In this document: in pieces, positions 49,813 through 60,169 of the stretch | Position numbering within the stretch: position 1 is the stretch's first letter | Layout: each line of letters opens with the position of its first letter | NCBI GenBank assembly: GCA_963822965.1 | Contig: CAWGJT010000005.1 | Coordinates: 864,001-928,000 of the forward strand | Reading direction: 5' to 3' | Origin: an uncultured delta proteobacterium | GTDB lineage: Bacteria; Myxococcota_A; UBA9160; UBA4427 | Length of the DNA stretch: 64,000 bases | Translations under genes and position numbers: made by a program | The notes under the pieces: generated by a model | Database searches by the model: none | Told to the model about the DNA's origin: nothing | Seen by the model: only the letters and a program-made list of their open reading frames with translations

Positions 49813-52800
49813 TCACCCGGGCTCGAGCTCCCGTCCCCCGGTGTCCTCTCGCGCATCCCGGTCGGCCCGCACGAGCCTCTCGATCAGGCGGGAGACGTGC
49901 TGCGGCGACTGCGTGTTCCTGGCCAGCACGGTGTACAGCGCCGGCACCACCACCAGCGTGAGGACCGCGGAGACCGTCACCCCCGACACCACCACGATGC
50001 CGATGGGTTGGCGCGTCTCGGCGCCCGCGCCTCCCCCGAGCAGCAGCGGCAGCGCGCCGAACGTGGTGGAGGCGCTCGTCATCAGGATCGGTCGCAGGCG
50101 GATGCACGAGGCGTCGACCAATGCCTTCGTGAACTCCTCGCCCCGGTCGCGGAGCTGGTTGGCGAACTCGACGATGAGGACGCCGTTCTTGGCAGCGAGG
50201 CCGATCAACAGGACGGCGCCGATCTGGCTGAACACGTTGATGGTGCCGCCCATCAGCCACAGGCCGAGCAGGGCGCCGGTGAGGGCGAGGGGAACGGTCA
50301 CCAGAATCACCAGGGGGTGGCGGAAGCTCTCGAACTGGGCCGCCAGCACCAGGAAGACGATCAGCAGGGCGAGGCCGAAGGTGACGTAGAGGCTGCTGCC
50401 CGAGCGCAGGAACTCGCGGGCCTCGCCGTCCCAGCTCACGCGGGCGCCGGCCGGCAGCACCTCGCGGGCGGCGTCGCCCAGCGCGCGGACGGCTTCGCCC
50501 AGGCTGGCGCCGTCGGCGAGGCCCGCCTCGATGGTGACGGCTCGCATGCGGTCGAAGCGGCTCAGGAGCTGGGGGCCGGCCTCTTCGTGCAGGCGCACGA
50601 GGTTGGCCAGCGGGACGAGGCCGCCGCTCGAGGAGCGGACGTAGAGGTTCGTGAGGTCGTCGGGGCTGCTGCGGTCGGAGGAGCGGCCCTGCAGGATGAC
50701 GTCGTACTCTCGACCGCGGTCCTCGTAGGTGGTGGCGATGCGCGAGCCGAGCATCGTCTCCAGGGTGCGACCGACGTCGGCGAGGGAGACGCCCAGGGTG
50801 GCGGCGCGGTCGCGGTCCACGCTCACCGTCATGCGGGGCTTGCGCTCCTGGTAGTTGCTGTCGGCGTTCACCAGCTCGGGAATCTCCGCCGCCGCGTCGA
50901 GCATCAGGTCGCGCCACTCTTCGAGCTGCGCGTAGTCCGGGCCGCCGATCACGAGCTTCACCGGGCGCCCGTCGCTGCGGATGCCCAGGCTCTGGGAGGG
51001 GAAGATCATCACCCGCACGCCGGGCAGCTCGCCCAGGCGCTCGCGCAGGCGGGACGCGATCTCGTCGGCGCTCTCGTCGCGCTCGTCCCAGGGGTCGAGC
51101 AGCACGATGATGCGCGCGCTGTTCACCTCGCCGGTGGCGCCGAAGCTGGCGGGCAGGCGCAGCAGGAAGCGCATCACCGGACCGTCCTGCACCTCGGTGG
51201 CGAGGATCTCCTCCACCTGCCGGGCGTAGCGGTCGGTGTACTCGAAGCTGGCGCCTTCGGGCGCCTGCATCATGGCGGCGAAGACGCCGCGGTCTTCCCG
51301 GGGCGCATACTCCGAGGGCAGGATGTCGAGCAGCAGCAGCGCCACCACCGAGACCGCGGCGGCGCCGGCCAGGGTGGTCCACGGGCGGGCGACGACGCGC
51401 TCGAGCAGGGCGCGGTAGGCGCGCGAGAGACGCTCGAAGGCGGCGTCCACGCGCACGGCGAGCCCGCGGCGGCCGCCGGTCGTGGCGGTGTGGGCGTGCA
51501 GCAGCTTCGACCCCATCATGGGCGAGAGGGTGAGGGCCACGAAGCTCGAGAAGATCACCGCCACCGCCAGGGTGATGCCGAACTCGTTGAAGAGCCGGCC
51601 GATGTCGCCCTGGATGAACGAGAGCGGGACGAAGACCGCCACCAGCACCAGGGTGGTGGCGATCACCGCGAAGCCGATCTCCTTCGAGCCCTCGAGGGCC
51701 GCCAGCAGCGGGGGCCTGCCCTCCTCGATGCGGCGGTAGATGTTCTCGAGCACCACGATGGCGTCGTCCACCACGAGGCCGATGGCGAGCACCAGGCCCA
51801 GCAGGGTGAGCGTGTTGATCGTGTAGCCGAGCGCCGACATCACCATGAAGGTGGCGATCACCGACACGGGCACGACGACGGCGGGGATGAGGGTGGCGCG
51901 CACGTCGCCCAGGAAGAGATAGATGACGAGCAGCACCAGCACGATGGCGAAGACGAGGGCGTGCACCACCTGCCGCATGGACTCCGCGACGAAGTCCGCC
52001 CGGTCGTAGTTCACCTCGAGCCGCAGGCCCTGGGGCAGGTCGGTCTGGATGCGCTCCATCTCCTCGCGCACGCCGCGCGAGACCTCGAGGGTGTTGGCCT
52101 TGGAGAGCTGCTCGATGCCCAGGGAGACCGCCTGGATGCCGTTGGCTCGGGCCACGTTGCGCTCGTTCTCCGCGCCGAGACGCACCTCGGCCACCTCGGC
52201 CAGGCGCACGATCTGCCCGTCGCTGCCGCGCCCCACCACCAGACGCTCGAAGTCCTCGGGCGTGCGGAAGCCCGTGTCCGTGCGCAACGAGAACTCGCGC
52301 TCGGTGGATTCTAGGCGCCCCGCCGGCAGCTCCACGTTCTCGGCCCGGAGCGCCGCCTCCACGTCGGCCACGGTGAGCCCGTGGGCCGCCAGACCCTCGC
52401 GGTCGAGCCAGATGCGCATGGCGAAGCGCCGCTCGCCCGAGATGCGCACCCGCGCCACGCCGGGCACGGTGGAGAAGCGGTCCACCAGGAAGCGCTCCGC
52501 GTAGTCGGTGATCTCGAGCCCCGAGAGCCGGTCGGAGGTGAGATTCAGGTACATCACCGCCTGGGTGTCGTTGTCGACCTTGGCGATCTCCGGCGGGTCG
52601 GCTTCGGGAGGCAGCTCGGCCACGGCGCGGGCCACGCGGTCGCGGATGTCGTTGGCGGCCTCGTCCACGTCGCGGTCGAGGTCGAACTCGACGCGGATCT
52701 CCGAGCGCTCCTCGCTGCTCTGGGACGTGAGCTTCTCGATGCCCTCGAGGCCCGAGATACGGTCCTCGATCACCTGGGTGACCTTCGTCTCGATGACGTC

Positions 52801-52968
52801 GGCCGAGGCGCCGCGGTAGTTGGTCTCGATGGAGACGACGGGCGGATCGATGTCCGGGTACTGCCGCACGGGCAGGTTCGAGAGCGCGGAGAGCCCCAGG
52901 ATCACCAGCAGCAGGGACATGACGGTCGCGAAGACCGGCCTGCGGATGGAGAAGTCGGACAGGATCAC
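49813..52968 (-). CDS. RND efflux transporter permease subunit (AcrB/D/F family)
   Basis: 1051 aa; IRRPVFA, GLVVDDAIVVLEN, AKNGVLIVEFAN, RLRPILMT. Confidence 0.95.
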   Translation of the reverse strand: MILSDFSIRRPVFATVMSLLLVILGLSALSNLPVRQYPDIDPPVVSIETNYRGASADVIETKVTQVIEDRISGLEGIEKLTSQSSEERSEIRVEFDLDRDVDEAANDIRDRVARAVAELPPEADPPEIAKVDNDTQAVMYLNLTSDRLSGLEITDYAERFLVDRFSTVPGVARVRISGERRFAMRIWLDREGLAAHGLTVADVEAALRAENVELPAGRLESTEREFSLRTDTGFRTPEDFERLVVGRGSDGQIVRLAEVAEVRLGAENERNVARANGIQAVSLGIEQLSKANTLEVSRGVREEMERIQTDLPQGLRLEVNYDRADFVAESMRQVVHALVFAIVLVLLVIYLFLGDVRATLIPAVVVPVSVIATFMVMSALGYTINTLTLLGLVLAIGLVVDDAIVVLENIYRRIEEGRPPLLAALEGSKEIGFAVIATTLVLVAVFVPLSFIQGDIGRLFNEFGITLAVAVIFSSFVALTLSPMMGSKLLHAHTATTGGRRGLAVRVDAAFERLSRAYRALLERVVARPWTTLAGAAAVSVVALLLLDILPSEYAPREDRGVFAAMMQAPEGASFEYTDRYARQVEEILATEVQDGPVMRFLLRLPASFGATGEVNSARIIVLLDPWDERDESADEIASRLRERLGELPGVRVMIFPSQSLGIRSDGRPVKLVIGGPDYAQLEEWRDLMLDAAAEIPELVNADSNYQERKPRMTVSVDRDRAATLGVSLADVGRTLETMLGSRIATTYEDRGREYDVILQGRSSDRSSPDDLTNLYVRSSSGGLVPLANLVRLHEEAGPQLLSRFDRMRAVTIEAGLADGASLGEAVRALGDAAREVLPAGARVSWDGEAREFLRSGSSLYVTFGLALLIVFLVLAAQFESFRHPLVILVTVPLALTGALLGLWLMGGTINVFSQIGAVLLIGLAAKNGVLIVEFANQLRDRGEEFTKALVDASCIRLRPILMTSASTTFGALPLLLGGGAGAETRQPIGIVVVSGVTVSAVLTLVVVPALYTVLARNTQSPQHVSRLIERLVRADRDAREDTGGRELEPG

Positions 52969-54053
52969 GGCAGCGCCGCCGCCGTGACCGGGCGCACCGG
53001 CAGCTCGCCCACGACCTCGACGCCCGCGCCCGGGCGCGCCTTCTGGGTGCCCTCGGCGACGACACGTTCCCCGGCCTCGAGCCCCTCGAGGATTTCCACC
53101 TGCCCGGGCCGGCGACGACCGATGCGCACCTCGCGCTTCTCCACCTGGTTGTCGGCCCCTACCACGAGCACGTACTGGCGGCTCTGCTCGGGCACGATGG
53201 CCTGCTCGGGCACCACCAACGCGGTCACGTCCTCGCGCAGCACCTGCACGGTGAGGAACATGCCCGGCCGCAGCCGGCCCTCGTCGTTCGGCACCAGGGC
53301 GCGCACGGTGACGGTGCGGCTCACCGGGTCGACCCGGGTATCCACGGAGGCCACCTTTCCGCGGAAGACGACGTCGCGCCAGGCGGCGCTCTTCGCCTCC
53401 ACGGTGAGCCCCTCCTCCATCTGCGCGATGGCCGTGGCGGGCACGTCGAAGTCGAGCTTGATGACGTCGGTGTCGTCGAGGGTGGTGATGACGGTGGTCG
53501 GCGTGACGAGGGAGCCCAGGCTCACCCGACGCAGCCCCACCCGCCCCGCGAACGGCGCCCGCACCTTGCGGTCCGAGAGCCGCGACTGGGCGGCGGCCAG
53601 GGCGGCGCGCACCGCATCGCGCTGGGCGACGCGCTGGTCCAGCTCGGAGGCGGCGACGGCGTGGGTCTCGAAGAGCTCGCGGGTGCGCCGTACCTGGTTC
53701 TCGAGATCGACCAGGTTCGCGCGCACCGCGGCCACGTCCGCCAGCGCCTCGGTGTTCTCCAGCTCCACCAGCACCTGGCCCGCCTCCACGTGCTGGCCCT
53801 CGGTGAAGTGGATGGCGGTGATCACCTCGGAGACCTGGGGACGGACGTCGATGGATTCGTTGGCCCGGGCGGTCCCGAGGGCCTCGATGGTGAGCGGAAA
53901 CGAGAGCACCGTCGCCTCGGAGACGATCACCCCGGGTGCATCGGCCCGGGCGCTCGGGGCCAGGACGAGGGAGAGGGAGAGGGAGAGGGAGAAGAGTGCT
54001 TGGATGGCGCGTCCTGCAGCCAAGGGCTGACTCCTCGTGCGGGCCGGCTGCAC
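52965..54053 (-). CDS. RND efflux periplasmic adaptor (MFP) subunit; start uncertain
   Basis: FTEGQHVEAGQVL, VRAPFAG, LRPGMF, GLEAGERVV. Confidence 0.92.
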   Translation of the reverse strand: MQPARTRSQPLAAGRAIQALFSLSLSLSLVLAPSARADAPGVIVSEATVLSFPLTIEALGTARANESIDVRPQVSEVITAIHFTEGQHVEAGQVLVELENTEALADVAAVRANLVDLENQVRRTRELFETHAVAASELDQRVAQRDAVRAALAAAQSRLSDRKVRAPFAGRVGLRRVSLGSLVTPTTVITTLDDTDVIKLDFDVPATAIAQMEEGLTVEAKSAAWRDVVFRGKVASVDTRVDPVSRTVTVRALVPNDEGRLRPGMFLTVQVLREDVTALVVPEQAIVPEQSRQYVLVVGADNQVEKREVRIGRRRPGQVEILEGLEAGERVVAEGTQKARPGAGVEVVGELPVRPVTAAALP

Positions 54054-54169
54054 CTTCGTTGCCGGCCCCTGCCGTTGCCTCTTCCGTTGGCCCTCATCGG
54101 CCTTCGTTGCCGCTGGGACCGGGCCGCTGCGGGTCGAGCCCGATGCGCCACGCCACCCGTGGTGGGCTT

Positions 54170-54424
54170 ATGGTAGAAGAAGTGCATGGCTTCGCAGCGA
54201 ACCCTGGCCCCCCGCCGGGCGAGCGGCCCTTCGTCGGTCGCAAGGCGGTGCTGGAAGCGCCGGCCGCCGAGCTGGAAGCGACGCTTCGCGGCGATACCCG
54301 CTTCGTGCCGCTGACGGGCCCACCCGGGATCGGCAAGACGAAACTCTACGAAGGCGGAGCACGCCGCGTGCTGGCAGGTCGACGCCTCGCAGGATGCCCG
54401 CTAGCGCGAACTGCGAGCTGCTAG
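54170..54424 (+). pseudogene. Fragment of an AAA-ATPase (P-loop) N-terminus
   Basis: PFVGR...LTGPPGIGKT, followed by an early stop. Confidence 0.5.
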
Positions 54425-54433
54425 CCTGCGGCC

Positions 54434-55660
54434 ATGCAGCCCCTTTCGACCGCGAGCGCGGAGCCCGGACCCCGCGTCGCCAGGCGTGGGGGCTACGGCT
54501 CGCTGCTCTTCGGGGTCGGCAGCTGGTTCGGCTTCTGGGGCACCCACATGGTGATGTTCCAGTGGCTCATCGTGGAGGGTCTGGGCGCACCCCCCGAGCA
54601 GGTGGGCTCCGCCCAGATGGCCTTGAGCCTGCCCTCGCTGCTCTTCCTGCTGGTGGGCGGCGCGATCGCCGACCGCTTCGATCCCGTGCGTCTCATCATC
54701 GCGATCCACCTGGCGACCGCGGTGGTGGTGGGCGGCCTCGCGCTGGCCTTTGCGACGGGCGTCATCTCGTACCCCCTGCTGCTCGTCTATGCGGTCTCGG
54801 TGGGCACCCTGCAGGCGTTCGGCTTCCCGTCTCGCGACACGCTGCTCTCCGAGGTGGTGCGGGGCTCCATGAGCCGAGCCGTCGCGGGCGCCACCCTGGT
54901 GCAGCACGGCGCTCAGGTGCTGGGCTCGTTCGTCGCCGGATCGGCGGGGGTGCTGGGCGGGACGGCGGTGCTGGCGTTCCAGACCCTGCTGGTGGCCTCG
55001 GGAGCCGCTCCCCTCTCCCGGCTCCCGAAGCGGCCACCGCCGGTGCGCCACGAAGGTATCTCCCTGGCCGAGGTCCGGGCGGGCCTCTCGGAGGTGGCCG
55101 CCTCGTCGGTGCTGCGGCCGGTGCTGATCCTCGCCGTGGCGATCGGCGTGCTGTTCGTCGGCCCCTATCTCGTGATCCTGCCGCTGATGGTGCGCGACGT
55201 GTACGGCGGGGGTGCCGCGCAGATGGCGGTGCTGACGGCCATGTTCCCCCTCGGCTCCGTGGTGGGAGGGTTCGCGATCTTCCTGCGCGGCGGCCTGCAG
55301 CGCAGCGGGCGCGCCCTGGCCCTGGGCCACGTGTGCGCGAGCGGATGCGTCGGCGCCATCGCCCTCGCCCTGCCCTTCGCCGGAACCGTGGTCGCCGTGC
55401 TGGGCTGGGGGCTCTCCGGCGCCCTCTTCATCAACGCCGGTCGCACGCTCTTCCAGAGCCATGCCTCCGAGGCCAACCGGGCGCGGGTGCTCTCCGTCTA
55501 CACCCTGGGCGTCATGGGAGGTGCCCCCGTCGGCAGCGTGCTGGCGGGGCTGCTGGCGACGCCGCTGGGCCTGCACGGAACCCTGGCCCTGGACGCCGGG
55601 GTGGCCCTGGCGATCGTGCTGGCGGTGGTCGCCACCACGTCTCTCTGGCGTCAGCCCTAG
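54434..55660 (+). CDS. MFS transporter
   Basis: 408 aa, about 12 TMs, GGAIADRFD motif. Confidence 0.88.
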   Translation: MQPLSTASAEPGPRVARRGGYGSLLFGVGSWFGFWGTHMVMFQWLIVEGLGAPPEQVGSAQMALSLPSLLFLLVGGAIADRFDPVRLIIAIHLATAVVVGGLALAFATGVISYPLLLVYAVSVGTLQAFGFPSRDTLLSEVVRGSMSRAVAGATLVQHGAQVLGSFVAGSAGVLGGTAVLAFQTLLVASGAAPLSRLPKRPPPVRHEGISLAEVRAGLSEVAASSVLRPVLILAVAIGVLFVGPYLVILPLMVRDVYGGGAAQMAVLTAMFPLGSVVGGFAIFLRGGLQRSGRALALGHVCASGCVGAIALALPFAGTVVAVLGWGLSGALFINAGRTLFQSHASEANRARVLSVYTLGVMGGAPVGSVLAGLLATPLGLHGTLALDAGVALAIVLAVVATTSLWRQP

Positions 55661-55700
55661 CCCTGGGGTCCGCTCTGGCTCGGCGGACGGCCCCGGGCGC

Positions 55701-56012
55701 TCAGCCGCCCGCGGTGCAGACGTAGATGCCGAAGGTCTGCTCGCCGTTCTCCACGGGGCCGAGGGGCGAAACGGTGGTCCCACCCATGGCGGCCGCGTCG
55801 TTGCGGGCCAGGGTGCGGAGCTCGTCCCGGATCTTGCTCTCGCCGCGGGCGAAGATCCACACCTTGTCGCTGGTGCGGGCGGTCGTCTTGCCCACCTGGC
55901 GGCAGCCTTCCACGGCCTTCTGGGTGGCGTACTGTATCTGCTCGCCCCCGGCCGTCAGGTCCACCCAGGCACAACCCACGAGCCCGACCGCCACGACGAA
56001 GACGAGCGCCAT
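55701..56012 (-). CDS. DUF4156-like small lipoprotein
   Basis: Lipobox LVGC, ARNDAAAMGG, terminal YVC. Confidence 0.7.
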   Translation of the reverse strand: MALVFVVAVGLVGCAWVDLTAGGEQIQYATQKAVEGCRQVGKTTARTSDKVWIFARGESKIRDELRTLARNDAAAMGGTTVSPLGPVENGEQTFGIYVCTAGG

Positions 56013-56272
56013 ACGATGAATCGCTGCAAGAGCCACGGAACCCCCCCTGATATCGAACACCTGCAAGATCGCATATCGCCGGGAGTTGCGCCGCCGCTCG
56101 AGCGGCGGAACGACCGTCGCCAAGCGGGCCCGCCCGGCGAGCCGAAGAGGACGGTCGGAAGCCCGTCGGACGCCGGGACGACGGCAGCCGGCGCGATATG
56201 CGTCCCGCCCCTCGCCGTAGTAGTAATAGAAGAAGCAGAAGAAGAACGAAGAGCCCCCGGAGAAGGAAGACC

Positions 56273-57706
56273 GTGACCAGCAGTCTGCGCGTCCGGAAGA
56301 CGAAGGTGATCGCCACCCTCGGTCCCGCCTGCGACGAGCCCGGCGTTCTCACCGCCATGATCGAGGCGGGCATGAACGTGGCGCGTCTGAACTTCTCCCA
56401 CGGCAACCCCGCGGAGCACCAGAAGCGCCTCGAGCGTCTGGCTCGCGCCTGCGCGCGCACGGGCCGCACCGTCGCCACGATGCTCGACACCCGGGGCATC
56501 GAGATCCGGGTGGGCGAGGTGGAGCACGGGCTCATCGACCTGCTGCCCGAGTCCACCTTCGCGCTGTTCCCGGAAGGACATCACCGGGACCGGCCGGGGG
56601 TGAGCGTCTCCTATCCCGGCCTCGCCCGGGCCGTACGACCGGGTGATCCGATCCTGATCGACGACGGCAGCATCGGCCTGCGGGTCGCCTCGGTGGAAGG
56701 CGAGGTGGTCGTCTGCGCGGTGGAGCGGGGCGGTCCCCTGCGCAGCCGCAAAGGCATGAACCTGCCCCACACCGACCTGCAGTTCGGCTCCATGGGCGTG
56801 GCCAACGAGGAGGACCTCGTCTTCGCCGCGGAGCACGACATGGACTACGTGGCTGCTTCCTTCGTCCGCAACGCGGGCGACGTCGCGGAGCTGCGCGAGG
56901 TGCTGGCGCGCCAGGGCTCGACGATCCCGATCATCGCCAAGATCGAGAGCCGCTCCGCGGTCACCCACCTCGACGAGATCGTCGGCGCCGCGAACGGCAC
57001 CATGGTGGCGCGGGGCGACCTCGGCGTGGAGCTGCCCGTGGAGGAGGTGCCCGCGGTCCAGAAGAAGATCATCCGGACGACCGTCACGGCCGGGAAACCC
57101 GTGATCACCGCCACCCAGATGCTCGACTCCATGGAGCGCAACCCGCGCCCGACCCGCGCCGAGGCCAGCGACGTCGCCAACGCGATCTTCGACGGCACCT
57201 CGGCGGTGATGCTCTCCGGGGAGACCGCCGTGGGGGCTCATCCGGTGGAGTCGGTGCGGACCATCGCGTCGCTCGCGCTCAGCGCCGAGGCCTCCCTCGC
57301 GGAGTACGGCCACCTGCAGAACGTCCGGGCCGACCCCGGCAACAAGGTGAGCGAGGCGGTGAGCCAGGCCGCCAACACCATGGCCCGCCACCTGAACGCC
57401 GCCGCGATCCTCACCCTGACCGAGAGCGGCTACACGTCTCGCATGATCTCCAAGTACCGGCCGCCCTGCCCGATCCTGGCGGTCACCGAATCGCCTCGGG
57501 TCGAGCGACAGCTCTGCATGAACTGGGGGATCACCGCCCTGCGCTACGTCGACGACGGCGGCGACGAGTACAAGATCGCCTTCGCGATCGAGCGCGCCCG
57601 CGAGCAGGGCTACGTGCGGGCAGGCGACGTCGTGGTGGTGACCGCGGGTCTCTCGAAGCAGTCCGGCAGCACGGACATGATCCGCGTGCTGACCGTGGAA
57701 GCCTGA
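56273..57706 (+). CDS. pyk: Pyruvate kinase
   Basis: TKVIATLGPA, RLNFSHG, IAKIE, MVARGDLGVE, ATQMLDSM, MLSGETA. Confidence 0.96.
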   Translation: MTSSLRVRKTKVIATLGPACDEPGVLTAMIEAGMNVARLNFSHGNPAEHQKRLERLARACARTGRTVATMLDTRGIEIRVGEVEHGLIDLLPESTFALFPEGHHRDRPGVSVSYPGLARAVRPGDPILIDDGSIGLRVASVEGEVVVCAVERGGPLRSRKGMNLPHTDLQFGSMGVANEEDLVFAAEHDMDYVAASFVRNAGDVAELREVLARQGSTIPIIAKIESRSAVTHLDEIVGAANGTMVARGDLGVELPVEEVPAVQKKIIRTTVTAGKPVITATQMLDSMERNPRPTRAEASDVANAIFDGTSAVMLSGETAVGAHPVESVRTIASLALSAEASLAEYGHLQNVRADPGNKVSEAVSQAANTMARHLNAAAILTLTESGYTSRMISKYRPPCPILAVTESPRVERQLCMNWGITALRYVDDGGDEYKIAFAIERAREQGYVRAGDVVVVTAGLSKQSGSTDMIRVLTVEA

Positions 57707-57710
57707 GGCG

Positions 57711-58724
57711 TCACGCCGAGCCGGCGTCGCCCGCGAGCCACGGCGCCACCTGCTCGCGATGGACGCGCTCCTCGTCCTCGAGCAGCCCGAGCCGGCGGGC
57801 GCAGTCGAAGAGCAGGATGCGGTCCGAAGGGGGACGACGCGGCGCCTTCGGGTGGATCTCGTCGCGCTCGAGGCGTCCCGTCAGCTGCAGGAAGATCGCC
57901 GCCGCGTGCTTGTAGGCGGGCACCGGGGCGCGGAAGCCCACGTTGCCCAGGTGCTGCAGGGCGTCGTTGCGCGCCAGGAAGACGACGTCGTCGTCCGCCA
58001 GCGCCCGATCGCGCTCGGCGAAGCGCTCGGGGGCGAAGGTCGAGAGCCCCAGCAGGTAGTCGCTGCCCCAGCGCACCATGTCGATGGCCAGGTCGTTGCC
58101 CGTGAAGATGCGAAAGTCCGGGCGCAAACGGTCCCGCGTGGCGAGTCGGTCGAGCTCGAGGGCGCGGTCGAGGGACGAGTGCTTGGCGCCGGCGAGCTTC
58201 GGAAGCTCCAGAAGCCGTGCGAAGGTCTCCCGGTCCCAGATCTCGCCGTGGGGCGCGAACACCCTTCCCAGCTCGAAGCCCACCGCACGGCTCGCAGGCT
58301 CGAGGATCCTGGCGTAGAAGGCCGCCTTCTCGGCCGCGGGCATGCCGTGCATGCTGCGACACTGGACGACGACCGGGACGCCGCCGCGCCGCTCGATGAC
58401 CTCGATGGCCCGGTGGTAGCCCGGCAGCGGATCGTCCCCGGAATCCGGGTAGGCACCCGCGTGGAAGGCGACGCCCTGGCCCAGGGCGTCGCGGGCGGCG
58501 TCGAGCACCGCCTCGCGCTCGGCTTCGGAGAGCAGGTCGCCGAACCCGGTGTCCATGTTGACCGCAACGCCGAGCCCGGCCGCGTGGGTCCGCGCCACGT
58601 GCTGCGCGAAGGCCTTCCAGTCGATCCGGCCCTCGCGGTACGGGAGCAGGGTGGCGGAGACGCCCTGCAGCCTGCGCGGAGGTGCCAGGCGCCGGTCCAC
58701 CTCGGAGAGGGATCCGGGCGTCAC
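57711..58724 (-). CDS. Dihydrodipicolinate synthase-family (class I aldolase) protein
   Basis: SATLLPY, NMDTG, GAKHSSL, TGND; GTGA overlap with the upstream gene. Confidence 0.75.
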   Translation of the reverse strand: MTPGSLSEVDRRLAPPRRLQGVSATLLPYREGRIDWKAFAQHVARTHAAGLGVAVNMDTGFGDLLSEAEREAVLDAARDALGQGVAFHAGAYPDSGDDPLPGYHRAIEVIERRGGVPVVVQCRSMHGMPAAEKAAFYARILEPASRAVGFELGRVFAPHGEIWDRETFARLLELPKLAGAKHSSLDRALELDRLATRDRLRPDFRIFTGNDLAIDMVRWGSDYLLGLSTFAPERFAERDRALADDDVVFLARNDALQHLGNVGFRAPVPAYKHAAAIFLQLTGRLERDEIHPKAPRRPPSDRILLFDCARRLGLLEDEERVHREQVAPWLAGDAGSA

Positions 58725-60169
58725 GAGGCGGCCACCTTCGCTTCGCGCTTCGACGCCTCGAGGCGCTGGCGCTCGGGGCGCTCGCGGTAGAAGTCGTCCA
58801 GCGGGTAGCAGCCGGAGACCATCCCCTGACGCGGGGCGGTGGTGCAGTCGCTGAAGGTGCGGCACACGAGCCCCCGGCGCAGGGGACGACCGGCCAGCAC
58901 GTCCGCGGGCAGCTCGGGGTACGAGAGCACCATGCGCCCGAGCCCCACGGCGTCGAACCAGCCAGCCCGCACGCAGGCCTGGGCGACGTGGGGCACGAAG
59001 TCCTGCAGGTAGCTCCAGCCCGAGGACACCACCACGGCCCCTGGCGCGGCCGCCTTCACCCGGCGTGCCGCATCGAGAAGCCGCGCCACGCCCCGCAGCG
59101 GATCCTCGGGCGGTGCGTAGCCGTCGCTCGGCGGAAACGCGGCCGGCCGCTGCACGTGGGGCACGTAGTAGGGGCTGCCGGCCGTCACGTTCAGCCAGCG
59201 GACCCCCCGCTCCACCAGGTGACGCACCAGGGCCAGGGGCTCCTCCCAGCCGGTCTCGCGGGGGTCTCGGGGATCGACCCCGAAGCCCTCGCGATACGGG
59301 GTCGTGAAGGGCTCGGGCTCGCCGCTTCCGGGCCGGTGCGGGACGCGATCGAACACCGACAGGCGCACGCCGACGGCGAGCCCGGGTGCGGCCGTCCGGA
59401 TCGCGTCGAGCAGCGCGTCCGCGAGCCGCAGCCGATCCGCGAGCTCCGGGCCGCCGAAGCGACCGCTCCGCTTGCGGGCCGAGAGAACCTCGTGCAGCAG
59501 GTAGCCGTGGCAGTGCTTCAGATCGACGAACCCGAAGCCCTCGGACTGCGCGAGCGCGGCCGCCCGCGCGTAGCGACCCACGAGCGCGTCGAGCTCGGCG
59601 TCGCTCAGGACGGCCGCGTCGTCCTCGACCCCCACGCGCCGGTCGAGGATCGAGTGGCGATACGCGACGCGGGGCGCCGGACCGGCGGCCGTGGGCCGCG
59701 ACCAACGGCCGCTGTGGGTGAGCTGCAGCCCGACGAAGGGCGCCGGCAGGCCGGCCCGCTCGGCCTCTTCCAGCAACGCCGCACGCAGCCCTCCGATGGC
59801 GGCGGCGGTCTCGTCCGTCAGCACGAGCTGGTTCGGGTTGGCGCGGCCGTCGGCCTGGACGGCGACCGCCTCGCCCCCCCAAACCCAGGCCGCCCCCGAG
59901 CGCCCGAAACGCCGCCAGCGCCGCTCGGTCAGCGGCGACGGACGCCCGTCCGTGTCGGCGTCCCAGCCCTCCATGGGCTGCACGACGAAGCGGTTGGCGA
60001 GGGTCACGCGCACGTCTCCGGCTTCGAGCTCCAGCGTCTCGGCCAGGGGCGACCCGGGCGCCGCCAGCACCTCGTCGTCCACCGGCAGCGCGGTGCCGAG
60101 GGTCGCGACGTGGGCCCGCAGGCGCGCCGGGGTCTTGAGCGCAGCGAGCTTGGGGAACCGTCGCGTCAT
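58721..60169 (-). CDS. NADH:flavin oxidoreductase (Old Yellow Enzyme family)
   Basis: NRFVVQPMEG, LQLTHSGR, DLKHCHGYLL, GLGRM, CRTFSDC. Confidence 0.88.
   Translation of the reverse strand: MTRRFPKLAALKTPARLRAHVATLGTALPVDDEVLAAPGSPLAETLELEAGDVRVTLANRFVVQPMEGWDADTDGRPSPLTERRWRRFGRSGAAWVWGGEAVAVQADGRANPNQLVLTDETAAAIGGLRAALLEEAERAGLPAPFVGLQLTHSGRWSRPTAAGPAPRVAYRHSILDRRVGVEDDAAVLSDAELDALVGRYARAAALAQSEGFGFVDLKHCHGYLLHEVLSARKRSGRFGGPELADRLRLADALLDAIRTAAPGLAVGVRLSVFDRVPHRPGSGEPEPFTTPYREGFGVDPRDPRETGWEEPLALVRHLVERGVRWLNVTAGSPYYVPHVQRPAAFPPSDGYAPPEDPLRGVARLLDAARRVKAAAPGAVVVSSGWSYLQDFVPHVAQACVRAGWFDAVGLGRMVLSYPELPADVLAGRPLRRGLVCRTFSDCTTAPRQGMVSGCYPLDDFYRERPERQRLEASKREAKVAAS

Noticed and set aside
49531..53065. 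Very long alternative-frame and antisense ORFs here and across the window
   Set aside because: Arg/Pro/Gly-rich shadows of real genes, expected in high-GC DNA
53969..53995. GAGAGG and GA simple repeats (also about 1036-1058)
   Set aside because: Short; one encodes SLSLSL in a signal region and the other is intergenic; no evidence of phase variation
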